A DNA stretch of 64,000 nucleotides from a virus, in IMG/VR virus record IMGVR_UViG_3300025133_000027, positions 64,001 through 128,000 of that record; one strand, written 5' to 3'. The position numbers and the translations under genes are program-made. The stretch's first letter is position 1, and every line of letters begins with the position of its first letter. Of the stretch, positions 30,117-39,945 are shown one piece after another. The notes under the pieces are model-generated. The model searched no databases. It saw only the letters and a list, made by a program, of their open reading frames with translations, and was not told the origin of the DNA.

Positions 30117-30900
30117 GAAAGAAGATGTTATTGAACTAAGAATAACAAAGACTGGTAGGGAGAAACTTTCAAAAGGGATATTCCAGCCAGACTCCTATGC
30201 TTTTTTTGATAGTGATATTATTTATGATGATGGAAGTTCTACGGAGCAAAATAATATCGAAGAAAGAATCAAGTCAGATCTTAAACTTAGAACCCTATCT
30301 TCAAACAAAACCTCTGAGCCTGCAAAGGTGAATACTGCTGACTACAAATTTTATAGTGAGATCGGAACAGTTGACCTCGTAACGAGTAGCGTCCCTGCTT
30401 GGAAGATAAAAGCACTAGAAGGTGAATTTGACCTATCTAATTTTAATCATTACCCAAACACAATTAAAACACTTCCGACTTCTGAGACTGTTGCTAATAT
30501 TGAAAGGATTCCACAATTAAACATTGAAATGGTATATAATCTTTATAATGAAATAGTTGAAGTAGATCCTGGTGATGGAAAGACGGTCTCCCCTACTAAC
30601 AAATTAGTTTCCTATTTTGGAAAAGAGTCAGAAGATATCTTAATAGACGTGGACGAACTGAACTCGGTGTACTTGGGCGAAGATGCTGAATATGAAATTG
30701 AGGTTTATAAGATAAACTATAATAACGATACTGGTTCTTTGGTTCTTTTAGAACCTGATGGAGATATCTATGACCCAAAGAGTGCTAGTCATTATATAAA
30801 AATATCTCTTGATGATCAAATACATAAGACAGAGAAAGATAAGACAAAGAATATTTATGGGGAATCACTAATCCAAGATATTGATAAGTGTGAGGACTAA
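30100..30900 (+). CDS. Baseplate/tail-collar-like structural protein
   Basis: LRITKTGREKLSKG...YAFFDSDIIY, paralogous to the N-terminus of 33964; GGAG RBS. Confidence 0.55.
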   Translation: MTFQNKKEDVIELRITKTGREKLSKGIFQPDSYAFFDSDIIYDDGSSTEQNNIEERIKSDLKLRTLSSNKTSEPAKVNTADYKFYSEIGTVDLVTSSVPAWKIKALEGEFDLSNFNHYPNTIKTLPTSETVANIERIPQLNIEMVYNLYNEIVEVDPGDGKTVSPTNKLVSYFGKESEDILIDVDELNSVYLGEDAEYEIEVYKINYNNDTGSLVLLEPDGDIYDPKSASHYIKISLDDQIHKTEKDKTKNIYGESLIQDIDKCED

Positions 30901-30902
30901 TA

Positions 30903-32228
30903 ATGACTATAGAAATTAGCGCAAAATCAGGAAGAGTAGGGGACTTATTCGTATTAGAGCAGGAATACTTTACAGAACTATATACTTCGATCACCCCGGC
31001 AAGAGAGTTAAATATTATATGTGGTTTCAATCTTGCAGTTTTTGCTAAGGACAAGTCTTTGTACCCAGAGGTTGTTGAGATTGACAGTTTTTGGGAAGAG
31101 AACAAAGGCTCATATATCAAGGACTTCTATGTTGAATTATACAATAAAAGAGGGTCTATAATAGCAAACATGTCACCACTGTATGAGAAAGATGGGCATG
31201 TTTTCTATTCTAGTCAAATAAGGCTTACAGATATTAAACTAAAAAAAGATATAACTTGCAAAGCTAAGATTACTTTTATAGATCCTACTGTAAATTATGT
31301 AAAGAGTCTATTGACAGCAAACCCGAGCCGACAAGAGATCGAACTTTATAGAAACTTACATAATAAACAGAAGATCTTGAATTTAAATTCCAAGTTCAGA
31401 CTTTCAGAGGTTGAACATACTTATCAAGCAATAAAGTCGATTACTCACAAAGAAGTTTTACACTCAGTTATTGGAGAGACAATTGAGATTAGTAATACAT
31501 CGATGCTAGAACGTATTAGTTATGAAGAAGAGAAGTTTGGGGATTCAATGGAGTCTGTAATCTTATCCCCAAAAGCTTTTTTATTCGGAAATCGAAGAGT
31601 TGATAACCTTTTAGACAATCATAATTTACAGAAAGAAGTGATCATCAGAGAGTTTCTTAATAGCGAAGTAATTCAATATAGCCTTGGGACCTATTCAACT
31701 GATGTTTCTGGTTTAACTCTAGGTAAAACGAAAGAGATTGTTGAGGATGGCAACTCTGGCAGATCGTCAATAACCCGCTCCGCTTTACCCTCAGCTATGA
31801 ATAGCGGTGCTCAAAGAGAGTTTGGTTCATCGGTCAAGACTACTAGCTTACCAATGCATAATATTCAGCTCTACGATGCTGTTACAAAATCTGTTACGAG
31901 TATTGAAGAATCTGTCTTGAATATGAGTAAAGAAGATACTGCCCCCATCCAGGTAAAGTTTTATAAAGAAACAGATTCTTTGCTTTCTGATATGAATACG
32001 TTTTCAACGATATGGAATAATTCTAAGGAACTATATATTATATATTACATTACAGAAGTCAAGTCTTCTGGGGAAATTGTCTGGGAGATTTTGACAAAGG
32101 AAGATTTGTTAGGCTCTAATGAACCTTTTCTATGCAAGATATTAAAATATAATAGTCAAAAGTATGGAGTGCTTCCACTAAAAGGTTTAAATTATACAAC
32201 AACAAATGAGTTTTTTATTATAAGATGA
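30903..32228 (+). CDS. Hypothetical protein (tail region)
   Basis: 441-aa ORF with GAGG RBS. Confidence 0.65.
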   Translation: MTIEISAKSGRVGDLFVLEQEYFTELYTSITPARELNIICGFNLAVFAKDKSLYPEVVEIDSFWEENKGSYIKDFYVELYNKRGSIIANMSPLYEKDGHVFYSSQIRLTDIKLKKDITCKAKITFIDPTVNYVKSLLTANPSRQEIELYRNLHNKQKILNLNSKFRLSEVEHTYQAIKSITHKEVLHSVIGETIEISNTSMLERISYEEEKFGDSMESVILSPKAFLFGNRRVDNLLDNHNLQKEVIIREFLNSEVIQYSLGTYSTDVSGLTLGKTKEIVEDGNSGRSSITRSALPSAMNSGAQREFGSSVKTTSLPMHNIQLYDAVTKSVTSIEESVLNMSKEDTAPIQVKFYKETDSLLSDMNTFSTIWNNSKELYIIYYITEVKSSGEIVWEILTKEDLLGSNEPFLCKILKYNSQKYGVLPLKGLNYTTTNEFFIIR

Positions 32229-33946
32229 TTGATTTTACAAACACAAATAGTGCATCTGGGATTGGTGAGTCCCTTACTTCAAAGACTTCTGAATTAGTTG
32301 AATCTATTTCTGATTCTCAAAAGAATATTATAGAAAGAAAAGCTAAAAAACTAAGGCAAATAGATAAAGATATAATCGAAGAAGAATCTGCGCAATTGTT
32401 TGGCCTTGGCGACTTTCTGAAGAAAATAGAAACATCTTCTCAGGCAGAAAACACTAAGAACGTAATCATAGCGCAGTCAGGAGGACCACAAGAAATAGAA
32501 AATCTTCCAGTCGCTAAGAAGGTTATAGATAACATTACCCCTAAAGTAATCACACCAGAAGTATTTACCCCCGAAATAAACGCTTTCGATCCTTCTCAAA
32601 CAACTAAAACAGTTACAAACGTTAAAATTGTAACTAAAAAATCTATAGATGATGAAATTACTAAAACTAAAGCTGCCGAAGTTAAAGAAACAGTAATCAC
32701 TACAGAAAACATAGAAGAGGCCGCAAAGGTAGAATTAAAAAAGAAAATTAAAGAACTTGATATCTCACAAACACTTGGAGAGCTTGCAGATAAAGCAAGA
32801 TTATTGTTTGTTAGCAAACCCTTAATCAAACCTAGTGTTAAGCCAATTACCGCTAATGATATAAAATATGTAATGTATCGTTATGATATTTTAACTACAA
32901 ACAAATTTAAAGATCTAGAAGCATACTCTGGAAGACTTGTTGTTGATAAGAAACTAGAAAAATATCTTGATGAGTCTTCTATTCTTTTTAACACAGAAAA
33001 AGTTTTAGAAAACAAAACCATGGCTTTCGTAGTTAACTTAAAAGTCCCACTGAGTGAAAAGTTAGAGATAGAAGACGCAAAACTAATTCTAAAGACCCAT
33101 ATATTCCCGTTCGGACCAGATAATCCAGGCACAGAGACAGATTTCTTAAACGAAAAACCGGAACAAGAGACTTTTGGAGAAGTGAGCGATTCTATTATTT
33201 TTGATTTTTCCACAGTCGAGAAACCAGAAGCACCTGATATCGAGATAGTTTCTTATCGAGGAAATAGTTCAAAGCTTATATTTAATTTTTGGCCAAGATA
33301 TGTTATTGAGAATTATAATTTTACTAACTACTACCTTAAAGAATACATTATTGAACGCTCAATAGACACTACTAATTGGGAATTCGTAGGAAAAACCGAG
33401 TCTAATGAAGACACATACGTCGAAACCAACACTATTATAAATACTAAGGTATATTACAGGTTCTCATCTAAAGATACTGTTGAACAAGTCAGTAAGAAAT
33501 CGCCTATATATGAGGTAGTATTTCGGGAGTTCCACGGAACTCTTTTCTTAGAAGTAGAAATTCATAAAGAAGAGACTATAATCCCTTCTAGATTAAAGAT
33601 GAAATCACGGATTAAGATTGAACCATCTTCGATACAGAAGGAATTAATAGAAGACCCTAAAGGACTTTCCGTTGTGAGAAAGTATGAGGTTGGGAAAAAA
33701 AGTAAAGGCTCTCTTTGGTATGACAAGCCTAATATCAAAATAAGAGTAACTTCTAAGAAGACGAGAAGAAAGTTTGATTTGAATATAAACTTCAATCTTA
33801 TTGAAAAAGATTCAATAGATAAAAAACTTCCTGTAAAAGAGATATTAAAAGAAGCTGTCTATGAAACAGATTTGTTAGATAAAAAACTTCCTGTAAAAGA
33901 AACTACAAAAGAAGTAATAAAAGTTTTAGAAACACTAGTTATATAG
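32225..33946 (+). CDS. Hypothetical virion protein with FN3/Ig-like C-terminal domain
   Basis: PEAP...YIIERS...YYRF...S.KSP pattern of fibronectin type III domains. Confidence 0.5.
   Translation: MIDFTNTNSASGIGESLTSKTSELVESISDSQKNIIERKAKKLRQIDKDIIEEESAQLFGLGDFLKKIETSSQAENTKNVIIAQSGGPQEIENLPVAKKVIDNITPKVITPEVFTPEINAFDPSQTTKTVTNVKIVTKKSIDDEITKTKAAEVKETVITTENIEEAAKVELKKKIKELDISQTLGELADKARLLFVSKPLIKPSVKPITANDIKYVMYRYDILTTNKFKDLEAYSGRLVVDKKLEKYLDESSILFNTEKVLENKTMAFVVNLKVPLSEKLEIEDAKLILKTHIFPFGPDNPGTETDFLNEKPEQETFGEVSDSIIFDFSTVEKPEAPDIEIVSYRGNSSKLIFNFWPRYVIENYNFTNYYLKEYIIERSIDTTNWEFVGKTESNEDTYVETNTIINTKVYYRFSSKDTVEQVSKKSPIYEVVFREFHGTLFLEVEIHKEETIIPSRLKMKSRIKIEPSSIQKELIEDPKGLSVVRKYEVGKKSKGSLWYDKPNIKIRVTSKKTRRKFDLNINFNLIEKDSIDKKLPVKEILKEAVYETDLLDKKLPVKETTKEVIKVLETLVI
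33816..33914 (+). repeat. 60-bp-period tandem duplication in the 3' end of a CDS
   Basis: tagataaaaaacttcctgtaaaaga exact at 33816-33840 and 33876-33900 (DKKLPVKE twice). Confidence 0.9.
33934..33943 (+). promoter_or_regulatory. Putative late promoter variant (ACTAGTTATA)
   Basis: One mismatch to the recurrent ACTATTTATA; 20 nt before the ATG at 33964. Confidence 0.5.
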
Positions 33947-33963
33947 ATTAATGGAGAAATATA

Positions 33964-34899
33964 ATGGCATTTTTAGGTAACGATGGAGACATAATTTTAG
34001 ACGCAGTTTTAACTGACGCTGGACGAAAACGATTGGCGGCTGGTGATGGAACTTTCCGAATTTCAAAGTTTGCGCTAGGTGATGATGAGATTAATTATGC
34101 TCTGTATGATTCAACAAATGCAAATGGCAGTGCTTATTATGATCTTGATCTGCTTAAAACCCCAGTTTTTGAGGCGATAACTCACTCTGGAGCTGGTTTA
34201 TCAAGCAAGCTATTGACGATTCCAAACTCTGAGCTATTGTTCTTACCATTATTAAAACTAAATGTGAAAAGAGCTCCTTTGTCATCACTTAATAACTACA
34301 TCCTTGTTGTAAATGATACTTTGGCAGAGGCTCTTACTGGTGGAGCTACTTTACCAAACTATAGAACAATCTTTAGTGGACAAACAGGCTATATTGATGG
34401 CAGAAGCTCTGCAAAGGCTGCGGAAACTTTAACGGCACGAGTTGACCAGGGGCTTGACAACCAAGAAGCTGGTGGTGCCGGAACCGCAATGCTTGAATCT
34501 CTTGAAGAGTCAAGATACTTAGTGTCTATGGACAACAGGTTTTGTGAGCTAACATCAGTCGGTGAAAACCCAGAAGCCGCAGAAATAGTATATGTCTCAG
34601 CAGATAAAACAAGCACATACTACATCTCAAGTGCGGCAAACCCTGAGTATTTTGCTCCTGCTCCAAGCAAGGAAAATACAAACATTGCAGGACCAGTTGG
34701 AAGACAGTTCCAATTCAGTATCAAGGGTTCTCCATCAATCCTGAACAATACAGAATATCTTTTTAATACATACGGAAGAAGTGTTGTGGATTATAATGGA
34801 ACAGGAGAGACTGTTAACGTTATCGATACAAATATCAAGATTCAAGGCGGAACACAGGGATCTACAATCAATATCCCAGTCCAACTCGTATCACAATAA
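33964..34899 (+). CDS. Baseplate/tail-collar-like structural protein
   Basis: ILDAVLTDAGRKRLA...ISKFALGDDEINY resembles the N-terminal half of tail-collar (DUF3751-like) domains. Confidence 0.6.
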   Translation: MAFLGNDGDIILDAVLTDAGRKRLAAGDGTFRISKFALGDDEINYALYDSTNANGSAYYDLDLLKTPVFEAITHSGAGLSSKLLTIPNSELLFLPLLKLNVKRAPLSSLNNYILVVNDTLAEALTGGATLPNYRTIFSGQTGYIDGRSSAKAAETLTARVDQGLDNQEAGGAGTAMLESLEESRYLVSMDNRFCELTSVGENPEAAEIVYVSADKTSTYYISSAANPEYFAPAPSKENTNIAGPVGRQFQFSIKGSPSILNNTEYLFNTYGRSVVDYNGTGETVNVIDTNIKIQGGTQGSTINIPVQLVSQ

Positions 34900-34908
34900 G
34901 GAATAAAA

Positions 34909-35979
34909 ATGGCAGCAAGTATTTATAAAACAATCAAACCAGCAGATAAAACAAGTCAGAAAACTGTATTGCACGAATCAATCCCTATTACTGGATCGTT
35001 AGTATCTGGCACATATGGAACATGGCCAGACGATACAAACGTCAAATTTTATAGTCATGGATATTTCCAATCAGTTTATGATTATCCATATCTTAGTTCT
35101 TCAGCAAACCACATGTTTGATCTTAGTTTTGGTCTTGCACCCACGTATGCAACACAACCATCGGCAAGTGGTGAAGAAGGCACAATAAAAAATGCAATCT
35201 GGAATCAAATGTCCCAGGTTACATATGGCTATGACCCAACAGGTTCTATCATTCCTATCAATCGCTCTGGCTCACTAACTCCCTCTGGTGTCGGTCTTGC
35301 AGGACCTATCATGGAAGATATTGTTGTTATCAATTTTAGTAGGCTTCTTGCTAAAGATGAAATTAAGAAAGAATCGTTTAGCATGGTTCTTGGGACTGGG
35401 AATTATGCAACACCGTTTGACGCAGAAGGAGTAACTCTTTCAGACCTAGGAGCTTCAACTGCTTACAAAAACAACTCTCCACTTGGAGAATATTCGATTC
35501 TATACTCAGGTTCCACTGCTACTAGTATGGGAGCACAAGGGCTTTTATTTTACCAAGCAGGATTTGCTGTAGTTGCGGGTGCAGCAGTATTTTCGAATGC
35601 CGACGCTTTTGCTTCTTCAAGCATTCTAGGCACTCAAACATATGAAAACTCTATTGTTTCTCAAAGTTGCGATGATCTTAGTTCTGGGCTAAGGCGAAGA
35701 ATCCAAAATATCTCGTTTAACAATACGACAGAACTGAACTCATCTATTTATTTCTGCAAAGTAGACCATGGTGATTTCAACTATTCATCTAATCCTACTT
35801 ATGTTTCTGGTTCGAAGATTCGGGTCAAAGAAACAATTGGTGACTCTCCGATGACTTATATTACGACAGTTGGATTGTATTCAGAAGATAATGAACTACT
35901 TGCAGTTGCAAAGCTTTCGGAACCAATCAAAAATTCAGCGACAGATGCTTCAACTTTCAGAGTAAGACTTGACTACTAA
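34909..35979 (+). CDS. Baseplate/tail-collar-like structural protein
   Basis: FNYSSNPT...YITTVGLYSEDNELLAVAKLSEPIK...RLDY C-terminus. Confidence 0.65.
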   Translation: MAASIYKTIKPADKTSQKTVLHESIPITGSLVSGTYGTWPDDTNVKFYSHGYFQSVYDYPYLSSSANHMFDLSFGLAPTYATQPSASGEEGTIKNAIWNQMSQVTYGYDPTGSIIPINRSGSLTPSGVGLAGPIMEDIVVINFSRLLAKDEIKKESFSMVLGTGNYATPFDAEGVTLSDLGASTAYKNNSPLGEYSILYSGSTATSMGAQGLLFYQAGFAVVAGAAVFSNADAFASSSILGTQTYENSIVSQSCDDLSSGLRRRIQNISFNNTTELNSSIYFCKVDHGDFNYSSNPTYVSGSKIRVKETIGDSPMTYITTVGLYSEDNELLAVAKLSEPIKNSATDASTFRVRLDY

Positions 35980-35991
35980 GGTTCTAAACCT

Positions 35992-37914
35992 ATGTTTAAA
36001 ATAAAACAAAATGAGGTATTTAACAACATCTTGAAAACATACCCAAAATATGTTTTCAAGATGTTCAATAACAAATGTGTTTTAAATGATTCGAATGATG
36101 AGGGAATTCATTCTAGCGACGAGGGCAAGCTTTATTTAAATGACTTGAACCTAAAAGCTCCAGTAAGTAATAATTCTCTTTATTACGATAAGACAGGATC
36201 GTGTATTGTTTCAGGAGGTATTCCTGATTTACTTTCATCAGATGGAACCTCTATAAACGATGGCAATTTGGCAATCTCAATGTGGGTCTATGTAGAGACT
36301 GGCTCAATTCCTGGAAACCCAACCTTAGTACAAATAGGAACTCAGTCACTTTCTGTTGAAGATGGTCGTGATGTTCTATACTTCAACGGAACAAGTTCGA
36401 TAAATCCATTCTCTTTGGTTTATAGCATTGGAACACCCTCAGGAGAGAAAAGATACCGAACAGAGAAGAATATACTTCCTCTTGAAGAATGGACCCATGT
36501 TGCTGTAACCAAAGTTCAGTTTGATAAGGCGTATTTTTATGTAAATGGTGAAAGACTCACTACTATCAAAGAAGTTGACACAGCAACAGCCGGTGGGGTG
36601 TTTACAAAGTTAACTGCCTCTATAGGTAATAATGCAAATGACGGAAGTGTATTTCCTGGCTATATAGATGAAGTGAGTTTATTTTCAAAGAAGCTAAGAT
36701 CATCAGACGCCTCTTATCTCTATAACGAAGGCCAACCAAGAGACTATCTAAATCTTAATAGCACCCTATCCCCAAAGATAGTTTCTCACTGGACCATGGG
36801 GGACGGGGACACCGCTCCTACCGTTTCTGATAAAATATCCACAAACGATCTTATAATGTCAGGGTTTTCTACAAACTATGGAATCTCAAACAAGGTTCCT
36901 TTAGGCTCACAAGTCTCTATCAGCGATGGGAATCTAAAACAAAATAAAAAGAATCCAGATGGATTTACGTTTAGACGAGAGTATATTCATAAAACAGATA
37001 GTGCTGGGTATAATTCATACGATGAGACATACACTTCAACAAAAACGATGTTTAAGATGTTAACTCTTAAAAACGCAATGGACCGCTATCTTGTTATGTC
37101 TGATGCTTTTAAGTTTGAGAACTTTCTTTTAAGCGGTGGATTACCAACGAATACAAATACAGACACTAGCACTGGCTTAGTGACTAGAATGATCCATCCA
37201 TCTGGTAGTATTAACATTCTTAGCATTCCAAAGATGTTTTATGAAAACAGAATTAAGCCCGGAAGTGTGAGTCTTAATTTTTATACATCAGGAAGTCTTA
37301 TTGCGACTGCGCAGGACTTATATAAGAACGGAGCAATGGTCAGCACCCTGGGCATGGACTCAGGTTCGGTCGTCGGAACCGTCCTTTACAGCGAGGGATA
37401 TATCCTTTTGACGGGCTCCACAGTCCTAGACGCCTCTCACTCCGAGCCATATATGAAGCCTCTTAGAACGGAAGACAGCGCTGGATATGATAATCCGAAA
37501 TGGATCCACTTTGGCTCTTACGAGTCCGCAACAGGAAGCAACCTACCTTCGTCTTCATATAAGATGGAATTCAAAGGTGAGAACTCTATAAATACATTGA
37601 TGTTCTTTGCTCATGCAAGAAAGAATGAATTAAATTATAGTAACAACCCCTCATACCTAGAAGCTGGCAATGGTGGTAAATGGATAATAAGTACTGGTTC
37701 TAAGTTGTATCTAGAAAACGAAAGTCTACCAATTAAGAATACAATTTCCAGTTCAGTCTCACATCATTCAGAGTCTTTTCAACAGCAAGTTTTTATTGAT
37801 AGAATTGGAGTTTATGATAAAGATGGTGATATGATTATGGTCGCTTCCCTTGCCAACCCACTTAAAAAAAGGACAGATTTAAGCTATACTTTTAAACTCA
37901 AAATGGATATGTAA
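35992..37914 (+). CDS. Tail structural protein with inserted LamG domain
   Basis: ISMWVY...WTHVAVT...YVNG...GYIDEV (LamG); C-terminus LNYSNNPS...IGVYDKDG..IMVASLANPLKK paralogous to 34909. Confidence 0.7.
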   Translation: MFKIKQNEVFNNILKTYPKYVFKMFNNKCVLNDSNDEGIHSSDEGKLYLNDLNLKAPVSNNSLYYDKTGSCIVSGGIPDLLSSDGTSINDGNLAISMWVYVETGSIPGNPTLVQIGTQSLSVEDGRDVLYFNGTSSINPFSLVYSIGTPSGEKRYRTEKNILPLEEWTHVAVTKVQFDKAYFYVNGERLTTIKEVDTATAGGVFTKLTASIGNNANDGSVFPGYIDEVSLFSKKLRSSDASYLYNEGQPRDYLNLNSTLSPKIVSHWTMGDGDTAPTVSDKISTNDLIMSGFSTNYGISNKVPLGSQVSISDGNLKQNKKNPDGFTFRREYIHKTDSAGYNSYDETYTSTKTMFKMLTLKNAMDRYLVMSDAFKFENFLLSGGLPTNTNTDTSTGLVTRMIHPSGSINILSIPKMFYENRIKPGSVSLNFYTSGSLIATAQDLYKNGAMVSTLGMDSGSVVGTVLYSEGYILLTGSTVLDASHSEPYMKPLRTEDSAGYDNPKWIHFGSYESATGSNLPSSSYKMEFKGENSINTLMFFAHARKNELNYSNNPSYLEAGNGGKWIISTGSKLYLENESLPIKNTISSSVSHHSESFQQQVFIDRIGVYDKDGDMIMVASLANPLKKRTDLSYTFKLKMDM

Positions 37915-37915
37915 A

Positions 37916-38467
37916 ATGATTTTAGGTTTAGATTTAAGTACAACTTGTTCTGGAATTACCATCTTAGATGCCTCTGGCAAGATTATACTTTGTGATGCTA
38001 TGATGTTATCGAAGTATAAAGATTTCTATGCAAAAGTATCATACGTTCAAGATTACTTAGCAAAAGTAAGGGTAGAGTACCCTGAGATAACACATATCTA
38101 CATTGAGAAGTCCTTACAAATGTTTGCCCCTGGAAGATCCTCAGCAAGAACGATTGACCTTTTATCAAGATTTAATGCCACTATAACGTGGATATGTTAT
38201 ATCATATTTCAAATTAAACCAGAACATCTAGCAGCGGGCTCTGCTAGAAAAAGTGCAGGAATTACAATTAAGAGAGGCATGAAAGCCAAGAAGATTGTTA
38301 TCGCCCACCTCATTGACACAGAGCCAGATTTCGAGGTAGAATATACCATCCACGGAAACCCACGACCAAGAGAGTTTGATCGTGCGGATAGCCTTGTAAT
38401 CGCAAAAGCAGGATTGGTAAATGTCAACGAAGAAAAAGAAAAAAATCCTAGTGGAAGTTCTAGGTGA
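37916..38467 (+). CDS. RuvC-like Holliday junction resolvase
   Basis: MILGLDLS, IYIE, DRADSLVIA acidic tetrad pattern. Confidence 0.85.
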   Translation: MILGLDLSTTCSGITILDASGKIILCDAMMLSKYKDFYAKVSYVQDYLAKVRVEYPEITHIYIEKSLQMFAPGRSSARTIDLLSRFNATITWICYIIFQIKPEHLAAGSARKSAGITIKRGMKAKKIVIAHLIDTEPDFEVEYTIHGNPRPREFDRADSLVIAKAGLVNVNEEKEKNPSGSSR

Positions 38468-39380
38468 GTCTCAAAAGGTAGGGAATGAATATTTGTTTTA
38501 TTGCCCTTACTGCTCCCACGAAAAAAAGAAATTATCTATAAATTTGAATAAAAATAAATATAAGTGCTGGATTTGTGAAAAGTCCGGCTCTTCTATTTCC
38601 TATTTGATTAAAAGATTTGGCTCAACAACTCAATATATGGAATGGTCAAGCTTTGACGATAGCATTGATATGTCTATTGACAAGACTTTGATTGAAGATA
38701 TATATAAATTAGGAAAAGAAAAGAAAACTAAGACCAAAGTAAGCCTCCCAAAAGAGTTTATATCACTTACAGGAAAAAAACTAGCACCAACCGCAAGTAG
38801 AGCAATGGCTTATTTGCGCGGACGTAATTTAAATAAGAATGATATTCTAGCTTGGAAGATAGGATATTGTTCTAGTGGAGAATATGCAGGCAGGATTGTT
38901 ATTCCATCTTTCGATCTAGACGGTGATTTGTCTTACTTTATAGCTAGGAGTTATACAAGCGAAGCCTTTCCCCCATATAACAACTCAAACGCTAGCAAAG
39001 ATATTGTATTCAATGAACTATTTCAAAACATCGAGAAAGAAATAATTCTAGTTGAAGGAGTTTTCGATGCAATAATTGCAGGAGAGACTGCTATTCCGCT
39101 ATTAGGCTCAAGCCTTAGAAGCAATACTGAGTTATTCAATCGAATTTTAGAGTATTCCCCGAAGGTATATTTTGGTTTAGATCCTGACGCCATTAAAAAA
39201 GAAGACAAGATTATTAAAATGTTTCTTGAATATGGGCTTGAAGTTTATAAAATTAATGTAGAACCGTATCAGGATGTTGGTTCAATGACAAAATCAGTAT
39301 TTAAGAGAAGAAAAGACAAGGCGGAAAGAGTCACTATGGACTCTTTCCTTGAATATAGTTTTGATCACATGGAGATATAA
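38421..39380 (+). CDS. DNA primase (Zn finger + TOPRIM)
   Basis: CPYC...CWIC, YL.GR, RIVIP, VEGVFDA, LLG, DPD, DVG. Confidence 0.9.
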   Translation: MSTKKKKKILVEVLGESQKVGNEYLFYCPYCSHEKKKLSINLNKNKYKCWICEKSGSSISYLIKRFGSTTQYMEWSSFDDSIDMSIDKTLIEDIYKLGKEKKTKTKVSLPKEFISLTGKKLAPTASRAMAYLRGRNLNKNDILAWKIGYCSSGEYAGRIVIPSFDLDGDLSYFIARSYTSEAFPPYNNSNASKDIVFNELFQNIEKEIILVEGVFDAIIAGETAIPLLGSSLRSNTELFNRILEYSPKVYFGLDPDAIKKEDKIIKMFLEYGLEVYKINVEPYQDVGSMTKSVFKRRKDKAERVTMDSFLEYSFDHMEI

Positions 39381-39700
39381 TGAATAGAAAGTTTAAAGTA
39401 AAGTTTTACGTTCCAGGAGTTGAAGGTCAAGGAGACATTTTCTCAGCAGAGATGGAGTTACCTTCCGGGCCTAGGATTTTCAACTCTCTTTCGGAAGAAA
39501 AGAAGCGAAAAGAATGTAAGTTTATTATAGATTATATTAGCAAGCAAATTTTAACAGAAAAAAAGGTATATCAAATACTTAGTTCGATGGAGACTAGCGA
39601 TTTTGACAGGGTCTTATCCGAGCAGAATGTTAATAACATCATTCAAAGATGTGTAAACGGTGAATTTAAAGAAATAACAACAGAACAAGAGGATAAATAA
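39380..39700 (+). CDS. Hypothetical protein
   Basis: TAATG-coupled ORF with GGAG RBS. Confidence 0.65.
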   Translation: MNRKFKVKFYVPGVEGQGDIFSAEMELPSGPRIFNSLSEEKKRKECKFIIDYISKQILTEKKVYQILSSMETSDFDRVLSEQNVNNIIQRCVNGEFKEITTEQEDK

Positions 39701-39945
39701 TGATATTTGAAGAACATGACGATGGATCGGAGCAGAAAGAAGCTGTAGACCATCCTTCACATTATAACGCTGGCAAGTTTGAAGTAATTGATGTAATTGA
39801 AGATTGGCAGCTAGGCTTTAATCTCGGTAACACAGTCAAGTATTTAGCAAGAGCAAAACACAAAGGGAAGGAAAAAGAGGATCTTAAAAAGGCCCTCTGG
39901 TATTTGACCAGAGAATTAGAAGAGTTAGAAAGAAGGAAGGTATAA
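39700..39945 (+). CDS. DUF3310 protein (T7 gp1.7-like nucleotide kinase family)
   Basis: VDHPSHY...GNTVKYLAR..HKG...EDLKKALWYL. Confidence 0.9.
   Translation: MIFEEHDDGSEQKEAVDHPSHYNAGKFEVIDVIEDWQLGFNLGNTVKYLARAKHKGKEKEDLKKALWYLTRELEELERRKV

Noticed and set aside
33816-33900. 25-nt direct repeats separated by 35 nt, superficially like a CRISPR mini-array
   Set aside because: Only two copies, in frame inside a CDS, not palindromic, and similarity continues beyond the repeat; a tandem duplication fits better.
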